Assembly: GCA_051294375.1 (NCBI GenBank)
Contig: CM119270.1
Coordinates: forward strand, 4,782,152-4,846,151
Direction: 5' to 3'
DNA length: 64,000 nt
Source: Paraspadella gotoi
Taxonomy: Eukaryota; Animalia; Chaetognatha
The notes under the pieces were generated by a model, which saw nothing but the letters and a program-made list of their open reading frames with translations, had not been told where the DNA came from and did no database searches. Below are positions 51,053-64,000 of this stretch, one piece after another (the stretch's first letter is position 1; every line of letters starts with the position of its first letter). The position numbers were made by a program, and so were the translations under genes.

Positions 51053-51465
51053 CTACAACAAAAATAAAAAATTTGTTAAGCACATATAATAATCCCAAAT
51101 TAATTATACACATTAAAAAAAAATATTGGAATGATCCTCCCCCCCAAACCTCAGTTTGTACTTGAAACACTAGTACATCAAAACGAATACTAAATGGGAG
51201 AGAAAAAAGATAATACAGTCTGGCCGGAATCAAAGTTTTAAGTCTTAAGTACTAAGTACTAACAAATAAAACTGAGATCAAAATAAAGGAAAAAGTTAGC
51301 ATGTGACAATTATCATTATAGAAAAAAAGAGAAATAAGAAATAAGCTTTCCTCCTTCTATTTATCAGAAAACTTTGAGAATCAGAATTAGAAAAAATTCT
51401 TTTCCGTACCTTGCAATTAGGGATCGCACGAAAGCGATTAAGGGCTCAAATACAAGCCCGCGTGT

Positions 51466-52452
51466 TAGGGCGTTGAAAAATAACAAAATATAACAAATCA
51501 AGTTAGGTACATAGCTATTTTAGTGTAATAAAGTCTGTAGAATTCGATGATGATAACCATTTTTTTGTATAGTTTCATCTTCTTTGTCGGAAATGGCGAT
51601 TTTTTTAGCATATAAGGTGCTATTAAAATGGAGCAAACATTATACAGTATAAGAAACTCAAATTATTAAGATTTTATAAAAGCTATATTTAACTTAAATA
51701 ATATAAAAATAAAAACCCATATACATATTTTGGTAAGTTTATTTACAAATTTTATATTTTATTAATAGTTTGTTAGTTATATTTATTAATAAATAATAAT
51801 AAAAAATAAGCTAAAGTGAAAAAATAAAAAAATAAAAATTTTAAAACCGGATTTGAATTCCTTACAAAAAGTTGATATAAGAAAGTATAATCCATTTTAA
51901 AAAATTCTTTCATTAAGTAGGTTAAAAATATTATAAACTATTATTTTTGTTTAATTTTTTAATTTTTGGCTAGAAATTATAGTTTTTTTGAATTTTGACC
52001 AACTTAATGACATAATTTTGATATAAAAATTGTTTTTTCTTATATCAACTTTTTGCAAAGAATGCAAATCCATGAAAAAAATTTTAAAATTATTATTTTT
52101 TAACTTTAACCTAATTTTTACTAATAATTATTAATAAATATAGTTAACTAACTTTTTATAAAACATAAAATTTAGAAATAAACTTAATAAAATATTTTTA
52201 TAAGTCTTTATTTTTATATTTCAAAAGCTCATACAAATTTTATAAAATTTTAATAACTTGATTTATCATAACTTATAATGGTTTTGCTATTTTATAACAA
52301 TTTTATATACATTAAAAACCGTCATTTCCGACAAGAAAGATAAAATTATACAAAAAAATGGTCTTCACCATCGAATTCTACAGACTACATTACACTAAAA
52401 TAGCTATGTACCTCACTTGATTTGTTATATTTTGTTATTTTTCAACGCTCTA
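51466..52452. mobile_element. Non-autonomous hAT-like foldback element (987 bp, almost entirely palindromic)
   Basis: Termini TAGGGCGTTGAAAAATAACAAAATATAAC / GTTATATTTTGTTATTTTTCAACGCTCTA; 8-bp TSD ccgcgtgt at 51458-51465 and 52453-52460. Confidence 0.9.
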
Positions 52453-52747
52453 CCGCGTGTAGATTAGGATGATAGGAATGCGCTCTGAAGTGCGGACCAA
52501 ACCACCAAGGGCACATAGGGCGCGCCTGAGTCCGGTGTTCGACCCAAAACTTCGGCCTCAACGAGGCAACGCAGCACCGCCACAATGGACAGTGGCGTGC
52601 CCTCAGCCGGCCGCAGGCCCTGGAGAAGGTCAATTATTCTGAGAAGGGATACCCCAAGGAGGTAGGGGGCGCCACAAGGGCACTGGCGCCCAGTGTTGGC
52701 CGTAGAACTGCAAGGCATTCCTTTTTACCTTTTAGAGCGAAGGAGAA

Positions 52748-53915
52748 TGGCTGCTTGGTGTAAGCACCTGATAATTTTTTTTATAAATTAATACATTACT
52801 TAAAATGTTTATAATACGTTCATTCATTTATTCATTCATTCTTTTATTTATTCATTCTTTTATACATTCATTCATCCAACCACTTCTCAGCATTGATCTC
52901 TTGGCATCAACCTGCCGCCGCATTCTTCAAAGATTTACTTTTCCTGTTGCATAAGATCCCGTTCCAACTCCCGAGCAGAGATCTTCTGCTTGGCGTCGGT
53001 AATGCATGTGAAGTAGCGTTGGATGGCGCACACAACCTTAGCCACTGGCTTATCGTTCTTGCTCTATCAAATTATAATGAGCCCTTTTGCATTCTGATTT
53101 TTTTGATTACATTTTCCACCAAAGCTGCAGGAAGTCCCTGTTGTGTGCAATCAAAAAGCTTAGCTAATGTTAAAGTTTTTTGTCTTATGTTTAAAAAAAA
53201 AATTGCATTTCTTTTTGCAAGTACTAATTCTGCGATAATTGACCAGTTGAATCAGAGATAAATAGTGGATTCACCAAAAAAATATAATTATTCATGCACC
53301 TACACAGAATGAGATGTGGCTTGTAATAGCTTAAGAATAAGGAGTAAGAGAGAGAGGGTAAAAAAGATATGGATTTTCCCTTCTTTAGGTTACAAAAGAA
53401 TGTTTCTTTTTTTCCTTCACGACTGAGGTGAGCAAGTGATTCATTAAGTTCGGGAGGCGATGATTTTAAAGTGCAAATTTCGCAAGTCAATCTATCTATT
53501 TTTTCATTACTATCAAGGAGATTTAGGTTAATTTTTGAGCCTTCATTGGATTTCTCCCTCAATAAAATTTCTTATGAATCTGTAGTTTATTAATTTATAT
53601 CTAAGATCTCATGCATTTTTTTAAACTCTTGTTTTTACTACTGTCTTTTATTGCTCTCACCTTTCATTAGCTAATTCATTCTGAAAGGATAATTTCGAGC
53701 TGATTCGTTTCTAGTCATGCTCCTGGACTTCATATAAATGCACTCTTGTGCTCCCTGATAACATCACATACCGATACGCCCAAGAAATAGACGATTGCAT
53801 TTGATCTCTATGACTGCACCAAGAGGCACAAGAAACGAATAAGAACCAACCAGTGCACCCCCGTAACTGAAAAAATGGTTCTCTTGATTATTTTTCTTCA
53901 ACACAAAAAATTTAT
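52748..53915 (-). pseudogene. Paralogue B, 3' part (noisy sequence)
   Basis: Homologous to 45800-46915, with diagnostic substitutions and an extra segment of about 45 bp (about 53468-53514). Confidence 0.6.
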
Positions 53916-53940
53916 NNNNNNNNNNNNNNNNNNNNNNNNN

Positions 53941-56900
53941 GTCCGGCCCGAGCTGAGCCTAACTAGAAAAGGAAACATATATTATACTACGTCCGCGCTC
54001 TGCGTAGATATATTTTGTCAGGTCATTCACAAACATCAGATGTTTAACAATACCCTGCTGAGACTCTGGTGCCATCTTCAGAGTGTCGACCGGGCCGCCA
54101 TTCCCGTTCCACACGTGTTGTCGAGACCACTCTCTGTGAGATGTCGTCGAAGTCCATCTCTACGTCGTTGAGAGAGTGGTGGACTCATGAGGTCTCTCGC
54201 AGTGACTCGTTTCTGAGTCTCATGCTGATTACATGTGTCGGCGCGTCAGCTTTGATTTGGTCTGTTACTATGGTTCAGACCACAGACTTGTGAGTGAAAA
54301 GACACCGAGTGGATATTCGACGCTGACGCAATCTCTGGCGAGCTCGGGCGTGAATTGTTATATCTTCCGGACGAGCTCAAACCCCATTCGCGCTGCTTTG
54401 CTGCTAGCATCAGCGTAACATTCTTGTATGCATAATCATTGCTGGTCCGGTATTCCTTGTTTGCGCTCCACTCATACGCTAAGGCGTTAGAGGGCCTAAG
54501 CGGGCGAGTGGAAACATATTATATTATTCCATCTATTATCGACGAAGCAGAGAGCGCGCGAGCTAAAGCGAGCTCCTTTGTGAAATAGAACTATATCGTT
54601 ATGCCCCCGGTTAGCTCTGAAGTTTATGCATATATTTTAGGGTGTCATAGATAGAGCGAGGAGAGTGAGGGCGTGGGAAGAGTTAGAGGAGACGATGCTG
54701 GATAAGAGAATGGCCGAGGAAGGGGGAAGTGAAAAGGCCATCTAGTCGAACTAATTCAACGCACTGATAGCCAGGATGCATCGCGCTACTGAGCCTCCTT
54801 CTGCGTTCCAGACCGAGAGATATATATATTCGAGAGACTCGACCCGACAAAGAGTTGTGCGTATGTAGTATGATCGAGCGTTTTCTCTTGCTATTAATGA
54901 TAGGTGACGAGATATATAACGTGCTCTTAAGTGAGATACTCGAAGCCCACGCGAGAATCTCGATTGGTGAAATATTCTATGCTCTCTATACGCAGTGAAG
55001 GCACGCTCTATCTGTCCATCCCTCGGACAAACAACCGAATGCTTTCATCGCAATAAAGAAGAGGTCTGGAGTGCCTCGTGTGCAAGAGATCACGCGGAGT
55101 CAGGTGGTCGCGATACTCATCGCTTCACTACGAATAACCTCTACTCGCAGAGAGAGCTGAGTTAGAAAACAATTCACTATATAATGCTGTTAGGCACTAT
55201 AATTGAGGTATGGATAGGGAGTTCATATACGTCTCATCATCTGTAACGATAATGAATTATAGACTCTTTGACTGTGCTCCTTTTGCTAATGGTGCTTGTT
55301 CCTGTGTATGAGCGTAATTCTCTATTGCTCAGTTTTTATTTTATGGCATAAGGCCCGAGATTGACTTAGTCATCGATATACATCGTGACTGCGGCCCTAC
55401 CCAATATTTGTGCCACTCGTGGATGGGAGTGTGTGGATGAGTACCCGCACGCATTGGTGATGAGGCATGTATGTGTGCGATAGGTTCTGCGGGCTCCTAG
55501 CAGTGGACGAAGCTTGTTCGATAGCACTAACCTCCTGGGCTTGACTTTTCGTATAAAGGGCGGCCCGTGGTGCAGCAGGCTCGGCACGTTGAGTTGGAAC
55601 CACTGAAGTAAAGTGAGGCACATATATATACACGTAAAACGCTACACACATGAGGAGAGTTCGTGAGCCAGTTCCGGCTCTTTGTGGTTTCGTTGGTGGG
55701 TGTGTGGATAGGTTATTTTCCAACTATTTATTTTTCAATATTGGCGGTGGCGCCGGCCTCCTGTTATGTGTATTTGTCTTCTTGAAAATGCATCCCGGCC
55801 GCGGGACGATTTTAGGTGGAGCTATGAGGGGTTCATCGTCGTCTCATACTTGGTAAAAAAGGATAGTGTATGTCATATGTGTTTTGTCAATATTGTGGAG
55901 ATGTTATATCACCTATTATTTTAGTACCAGAGAGTAGAGGTTGGTGTATTAAAAGAGGTATGTCGCAGGAGCTTACACGAAACTCCGAGCTCACCGCTTT
56001 TGGAGAGAGCTTGAAATACAGTCAAACAGTGTTAATCCGGCAGTCGTAGAAGTCACCATGTGTGTGATAAGTTATGTGCACAAAGCTTAACTTCTAATTA
56101 TAGGAGTTGGTCATAATTGTCGCCTGTCGCTTTATCTCCGCTACATAGTGCTGCCAAACATGTCATCGTTCATGAAATAGTAACAACCATCTCATCTACG
56201 AAAACAAGCAGAAATAAATTAAATAAGGGGTAGTTCGGGTTTTTTTTAATAGAGATGAGCACACAGTAGTCGTATTCGCAGTTAGTGTCTTGGGAGCATT
56301 GGCAGCGCTCCTTGTTCTAGAAACTCCATGTTATATAGATTATGATGCTTTCAGTAAAAAGATCTTTAACACTCTAAGACCTTATTCAGCCTTTTGAAAA
56401 ATGAAGTTAAGATATGATTATGGTGCACAATTAACTTAGAGAATATTGAGAGCTGGCCCGTTGCTCAGTTTCTATTTAACAAGGTGATCTCCCTTGATTG
56501 GCGAAATCTTCCTTCGGTCCATTCTGGGGGCATTGATTTTAACTCCTTTCTCTACCTATGGCCGTGTGAATATTTTGTTATATCATTATCTTCCATCTGG
56601 CTTTTCCTAATGGAGAGCCGGAGTCGACCAAAATAAAAGACTACTCCAGTTAGTTTGTGAGGTCATCCGTATAACGGCTTTTTCTCTGAGACATCTTTTT
56701 GACAAGTACGTACCACAATAATTCTTCAGATGTGTGCTAAAGACACCGACAAGTACGCAGTATAATTTCGTCGAATTGCTCAGACCTACAAACTGACGAG
56801 GAGTGGAGAATGGCATACCAGAGACCACTGTCGTAATCGAGAATCCGTTTATAATCGGCAAAAATAGGGGTATTTGTCTCTCACAAGGACCGTACATATT

Positions 56901-59900
56901 TCGGTGCCCATAACTCAAGATCGGATAACGGTGTGATAATTATCACTTTGTCCTTGCTCAAGCTATTGGGCTATGCGACCCATCTGTGCTCACTGTACAC
57001 AATCCTCATTGAAGCAAGGCATCAAGAAAAGAAGATTAAAGAGAAATCAGCTGGCTTCTCCAATTTTTTCCTTTTTGTGTCAAACTGACTTTCTTCTTGG
57101 TAGTATTGAATAGAATGGTTGTTTATTGAGAAAACGACTCAGTGGAAAAATAGATGTAACTATATTCCGTATCGATCCTATATCAATCCGACTTACAAAT
57201 TTGTTCTTCATTGAATTGACATTTTTAATCGAATAAGCACTGAGGTTATTTATCGCCTCTTTGTGACAGTGAAATTTTTACGCAGCGCGAGCCATTACCC
57301 TTTCATTCTTCCTGGCGTGTGCCTGTGTAATCAATATCACTCAGCTGACGCGTCAACGTATCTCCTCTTGTCAATCGGAGTGTACATGGTATTCATAAAA
57401 TATGTCAAGAATTATTTTTGGAATGCTCGATCTTGTCTTACTCTGTCAATGATCGGTTCGCATAAAGGGTTCAAATTCTGGAAGAACTATTGGGCTCTAT
57501 ATATAATAGACAGATGCCGTTACATGACCCGGTGTAGGTAGGGGCGCTGACCGCTTCGAGGAAAAGGAATCAATCTATGTTTGGACTCGGACCTGTGATC
57601 CAACGAACTATTTGTCCCGCTCTTCTTCGTCTTAGAAAAATGAGGATCTCTGTTTTCGCCGCCTCAGCCGCAAAGGATTAGATTGGCTGGTAAGTCAAAA
57701 TATCAAGATTTTCTGGCTGAAAAATAAAGGCCCTTCAAAGAGTTTCAGAAGAGCTGAGTTTTCGTTTTGACATTCACTGCGTCATAACGGGGAATTGGCA
57801 TGAATATATAAATCCGCTTTTCCTTGAAAAAATTATGTTTCAAGATGAACGTGCACTTTGGAGAGATTAACTTTCAACTGAGAATTTTAAAAATTGTCAG
57901 TTTTTAGTTAAGGTGATTCTTTGGATGAAAACTTGCTATCAAGGTTGCTCGTTCGCGGGGAAAATTTGACTGTGTTCACTATGCTTAAAATTTAAAAACC
58001 GAGGTAATTATATATTGATCCGCCAAGATTATTGGCCAATTGTCATCACGTGCATACATATTATCACCATAATCAACTTTTTGTTTTTTCATCTGACAGC
58101 CCAAGAAAAGTGGTATTACGTATATGAGTTTGTCATATAACCACTAGAATAGGTTATTGTCACGCTCGTCTACGACAGAGTTACCTTGGCTTCGTGTTGT
58201 TATTAGGGTCGTTGGTTTTTATGTATACATATGTTATTCAGTTAAGTATTTACAATAAACCAATTAACGCTTTCCTTTTTGTTTAGTCTGCAACTCCGCA
58301 TTATATTCAGCCAGATTCCGACTCTAATAAAAATAGTCACTTTGGTCGGTCCGGTCGGTACCACCTACACATCATTCCAAAATATTAGTCGTGTTTTGAA
58401 TCATCGGTTTTCATTATATATATATTCTATCATACTCAGAAGCAACGGCTCTGAAATTACCATATGATAAATTATTCTTGCATTAGGACGATATAAAACA
58501 ATTTTATTATGTTTTTTTACTATCATAGCTGATTGTATTATTGGTTAAGACAAATGGTTTTGACTCTGGTTTTTAGGGAGACGCGTCTTCATGCAGTTTA
58601 CACATTATGCCAAAAAAAAATCCTTGTTCCTGTTTTTTGAGCTGGTCGCGGGCCGTCATCCCGTCTTCGATGTAGGCTTTTTTCTTCCGAGCTCTGTTTT
58701 CCTGTTTCCCGCTTTTCCTTCCTTTCCTTGCCTTTTATTATAACAAATACTCCTTTCAAGTTGAATCTCTTGTTTTATTGATAAATGTGATTTGGTATGT
58801 AAATTTTGCTGTTGGGGTAGGAAAAACCCTGTGTGATTTGAGGCACTCGGGATATAACTTGTGAAGTTTCTATTGTTAATACGTGTAACATACGTTAGCC
58901 CGAATTAAAGTGGAAATTTTGTGGGTATTTAATATAATGAAAAAACAAAAAAATTTTTCTATTCCATCACCAATTTGTAACGCCTTAGTATTTTTGTCTC
59001 TACTCGAGTGGGAGTAGGGCAATTTGTTAGGTTTGGATAATTTTTTGTGCTCAGATGTATCGAGAGTAGGAAAGTGTGTGATCGAGCTGGATATAAAGTT
59101 TCGATGTATATATTGCGCGTGGAAATGGGTTAAAATGGAAAAAAACACAAAAGTCATATCTTATCATGATTTACGTGAAGTGAGTTTTTATTCGATTTAA
59201 AATTTAACGTCGCATTAATAAGTCATTGTTTAATGTTAAAAATTGGAAAATCTATACAATTGAAAATAGAAATTTTGTGAGTGCTGTAGGGGGATAAGTT
59301 ATAAGGGTGATACAGCTGGAATAAAAACTCTTTTTGATGGAATCGGTAGAAATGAGAACTAAGAAGTTGCAAATATTGTTACGTTATAATCGTAAAAAAC
59401 ATTCTGATTATTGTAATTTTTCCTCTGTTCTTCATCTCTGTTACGATTGCACTCTCGAATTGACTTGATTAACTCTCTCTCATGAGAATGTTAATGTGGG
59501 TAAGAGATGGTGTGGCTCTCGCAATTGAGCCAATAATTCTGCACAGATCTGTTGAATACCGCCACACATTATGCATTTACCGTTGACTCCCAAAAAATTA
59601 TGCCCGCCACCGCTCCTGACACAAATTATTGCCTCCTGTTGACGGTACGCATTAATGCAGATATAATCCTTATTTCATATAATATTATCAGTCCATGTCT
59701 GATTCGCTATATTTCATGCCAGTTTCATTCGACCCAAAACCTTATCGCCTGTTTGACAACTCTCTTACATGGGTTTATTGTTCAGTTCTCGCACCACGGC
59801 ACATATGGATATGTTATCTCATGGATCAGGTATGTGTATCAGCATCTATTATAGATCAGTCATTGACAAAAAATTCATGTTGCAGCTTCGAGCAAAAATT

Positions 59901-60690
59901 AAAATGTGCAGGCCTTGACCAAAAGTTATGTCAGTTGACAAAGATAGTCAGTATGACAAAAAATTATCAGTTGACAAAATGTATGTCGAGTTGACAAAAT
60001 TAATGGGTGCAGTCTGACAAAATATTTACTCAGATCGATTTACCCTATGTTTCCCTGACAAATTATTATGTTCGGCATATAAGATATGCAATCCTTATGT
60101 CGGTTCCAAAACTCCCTTGCAGTTGACCGGAGAAATTAGTGCAAGAACTATATATACTATTATAAACTATTTATTGTGAGTGAGAGAGAGAGAGTGCACA
60201 ATTGCGCGCCTAGCTGAACAATAAAGCATGTCAAAAGTGAATGAAATGGTCAGTTGGAAGATACAGCAACGAATATTGGAGGCGCAAAACGTGTGGATAA
60301 TAGTTAAATGTATGCAAAACATACGCTGACCGATTACCAGACGTTTAGGGGCCAGCTTTATTATACGCCTGCCTTATCGAACTTATATTTATCCTGTCTC
60401 GTGGTAACAATCAAGAATCACAGGAATTAATCAATGGGTATTTAGTCGAATATACTTGTATTTGATTAATTATATTCCGAAGCTACCCTTGTTGTCATTA
60501 TTGCTCGTCAGACTTATTTCCTATTCTTTGATTTTGTTTTTTTTCGAGGATAACCTTTAATTTATAAGGGTTTTTTGCGGTGGTATATATGTTACACGAC
60601 TATATACATTTTCTTTTTAACCACCCAAACAGATATTCATGTTTAGTTTCGGAGACCCAAAAATTATTAATTACCTTCATTTTCACTGTA
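53941..60690. other. Featureless sequence; probable low-quality long-read gap fill
   Basis: Starts at a 25-N gap; no ORF over 108 aa; lacks the long homopolymers and microsatellites typical of the rest; grades into an error-rich copy of paralogue B. Confidence 0.7.
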
Positions 60691-60696
60691 GGGGAC

Positions 60697-63135
60697 AGTC
60701 CCTGTTGTGTGCAATCAAAAAGCTAGCTAATGCTAAGTTTTTTGTCTTATGTTTAAAAAAAAAATGCATTTCTTTTTGCAAAGTCTCTTAATCTGCGATA
60801 TGAGCCAGTTGAATCAGAGATAATAGTGGATTCGGCTTGAAAATTCTAAAATATAATTTTCATGCCTACTAAGCTGAGGATTGGCTTGTAGTAGGCTTAA
60901 GAAATAGAGGGAGTCAAGAGAGAGGGGGTAAAAGATAGTGGATTTTCCCTTCTTCTTAGGTTACAAAGAATGTTTTTTTTTTTTCCTTCACAATGACTGA
61001 CGGTGACAAGGATTCATAAGTTCGGCGAAGGCGATGACTTTTACTAAAAAGTGCAAATTCGCAAGTACAGATTATTTTTTTTTCATTACTATCAAGAGAA
61101 TTTAGGTTATTGATTTGAGCTTCATTTGGATTTCTCTCAAAAAATTTCTTCCGTGACTCGTATGTTTTATAATTTATATCTAGATGTTCATATTTTTATT
61201 AACTCTCGTTTTTTCATGCTTTTGCTATTGTCTCACTACTCCATTAGCATTATTCTGAAAGGACAAGTCGTGTCTATCGTTCTAGCTAATCTGGTCCGGG
61301 ATTGCCATTAATAGCCATTCTCTGTCTGCCCCGGAAAACATATCCTATTACGCCAATGAAATAAGACGATGCATTGATCTCATTGACTTGCACCAAGAGG
61401 CAGAAAGAAAACGAAAAAAACCAGCTGGCACCCGTTCTAACTGAAAAAATGTTCTTATTATTTTTTTCTTCACACAAAAAAAAATTATGCTTGCTCTCAG
61501 GTATTATTTTCACGCCCGCTTATTTTGTTACATGAACGGTTTTAGGCTGAATAACTTTGACATTGACCAATCTAACTTTTGATTCATTTGAAAAACTAAT
61601 TTTTTTTTTTACATTGAAATATTATAATCAACATATTTTTTTTGACAAAAGTTCAAATAACAAGACAAAAACTCGCTTTCAAATTATCATTTGTACTCGA
61701 GTTACAGAGCTTGCCGTCTCAGAATTTCTAGACGAATGCTACTGTACATTCTAAAATCGTCATCCGGTCGTGATCTAAACCATCCTTCGTGTCTAAAAAC
61801 GCTCTGCCAATAAAATTTATTCTGACAGGGATTCTTTGAATCAAAACCTATGTCACAATTCCCGCGATTCGGATCGATAATAAATGAAAAGTTTGTAAGG
61901 TCGTTTGAATTAACAGTAGTTGCGGATGCAATGGCCAAAATCGATTTAATCACTTCTCAATCTGTGCTTAGGAACAAGTTGTCATTACGTTTCCAATTGT
62001 AACTCAAATGGAAAATTGGAAGTCGAAGGGGCGCCGAATATCTCTCTTCCCAAATCTATTTTCAATCTGTACCATTCTATGTCCAGCAAAGTAAGCGTAA
62101 TGCCTCAATGTTGTGAGAGGCAAAACATCCAACTTATCAACACCAGCTACCCAAGCTATGCATGCATATACGTCATTTTGTTATCTCGTAACTTCAAATG
62201 TGGGGAATCCAACAATTCGCGGAGTGCGTTGATTTTAAAAAATCCTGAATCCATTAGGTAGTGCTTTAGAACACCTATAAACCATCCATGTGTCTCTCCA
62301 TACTGGTATCCCCGAACCAATAAGATATGACTTCACGTCTTCCAGCTTAAAAGCTTGTCTAACCAGCTCTTTGAACAAGCTCAAGGATTCTTTGATTGTA
62401 AGTTTAGAAAATGATTTCACTAATCTTGGTCCAAGTATTCACTTTTCGGTATCATCACCCTTATACTTGTGCTCTTTATCTACAAATCTTTTGAATTGAT
62501 CAAAGACCCTCATCATTCAACTCAATGCACAATTTGCCATGTTTTAACATTATCTTTACCTAAATATTGTATAAATTTTTCTGAAGTGATTTCCTTATCA
62601 ATTACAGTAATTCCATACTCAATTTTACTTTTTTTTTCCAATGACTGACAATCGCGTAAATCTTCCCTAAAAGATGAACAAATGTTTGATTTACAGTAGA
62701 AGAAAACACCTTAATGTTCTCCAGTTGGTTCATCAATTGTTATTTTGAAATCTTTGTCTCTATGAAGAAATCACCAGTAGGTTGTAGATGAAATCAGAAG
62801 CAATACTAAGATTGCTCTACTAATGATGTTTGTTGACAAAGCTCGCCTCTATGATAAACAAATAAACCATGATAAAAAAAAAATTAAGCCACTCTTTCAA
62901 TATTCCCCACCCTCGCCATCCCCCCTTACCCCCTCTCCACCTTCTTTCCATGGCCAAATAAAGCACAAAGAATTGATAGATCAAGAAATAAGTACAACTC
63001 AAATTAGTGCTTCGAAGGACTCTTTTTATTTTGGGCATTTGGAACTTTGTGGAGGATCTGCACTGCTAATTGTCTCATAGTCACATGAGGTTGTTGACGC
63101 AGGATTTCCTGTGATTTCTGGTCTTAGTTGTTAAA
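60697..63135 (-). pseudogene. Paralogue B, overlapping read-out with the long exon and a possible upstream exon (about 63000-63125)
   Basis: Shares B-specific variants (gttgtgtgcaatcaaaa, the 45-bp segment) with 52748-53915. Confidence 0.6.
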
Positions 63136-64000
63136 GTGGTGGCAAAATAGAGAATCTTTTTTTTTCTAATTTTTGTTTATGATGTTTTGATATAATTTAG
63201 ATCATTTTTTGTTGGATTTTTGTTTTTTATACTTTTTTTCTTCATTATCTTTCTTCTTATTCTTTTGGTTTTATTTTCTCTCTATAAATTTACCCTATCC
63301 AAATTGTTTGTTTTGGGTTTTAATCCTTATGGTTTTTTTAATAAGTACCCGGTCTTGGCTTTCCTTCATAAGGTCCAGGGAAACTATATTCTTTCCTATA
63401 ATAATGAATGGAAATGATTGAATATGGCCCATGTGTGGGAGCGGAACTCGGTAAATGGTCTATTCCCTTCTATATTTCAAAAAAAAATTTTTGAAAGTTT
63501 TGTTTTACCATCATATTTTTTAATTTATTTGCCATACTGTGCTCAAATACTTGAACGAAAATATTTTTTTTCTCAAGTAAAAATTATCTAACATTACTGG
63601 TCTAATGGTAAACCACTGTGTTAGCGAAAAAAAAATTTATTTATTAATTATGTCCATAGTTGCTAATTATGATAATTAGTATTTTATTTTTTATTATTAG
63701 TTACACTTTTTTATTATTAAGAATTAATAGTTTTTGATGCAATTTTTATTCTCTAATCAAATTATATTTTTTTTATAATTAACTAAAATAGTAATTTAAT
63801 ATATTACTATATAAATTGATTGATAAATACTAATTTTTTTAAAAAGTTAAAGCCAAACTATGGAAAATATTAACTGAATTAAAATATATATTTTTTTAAA
63901 TTGGATAACCGCTTTAATAAACATCGCAGAGATCCAAACTCAAGAATAAAATCGGATCAAAACGACTAAAGTAAAAATCAGCAAGGAAGAGAATGAACTC

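Overview
AT-rich, microsatellite-dense animal genomic DNA from a gap-filled draft assembly. The one intact gene is a plus-strand, 24-exon PACS (phosphofurin acidic cluster sorting protein) orthologue at 19368-42611. All its junctions are GT-AG and phase-consistent, giving about 1470 aa with an expanded low-complexity middle region. Its introns and 3' flank hold minimal type-I hammerhead ribozyme motifs of the Penelope-like-element type (including an inverted pair at 34109-34304), palindromic non-autonomous DNA transposons with clear TSDs, tRNA-derived SINEs, a retroposed CCA-ending tRNA-Lys fragment, and tandem copies of four of the gene's own exon/donor junctions. The region from 45 kb on holds decayed minus-strand copies of an unidentified gene family, possibly death-effector-domain-like. 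Much of the apparent large-scale structure (9.5-17.8 kb inverted triplication, doubling at 25-N gaps, 54-60.7 kb featureless stretch) is most likely long-read gap-filling artefact. All family assignments were made by eye; no searches were run.
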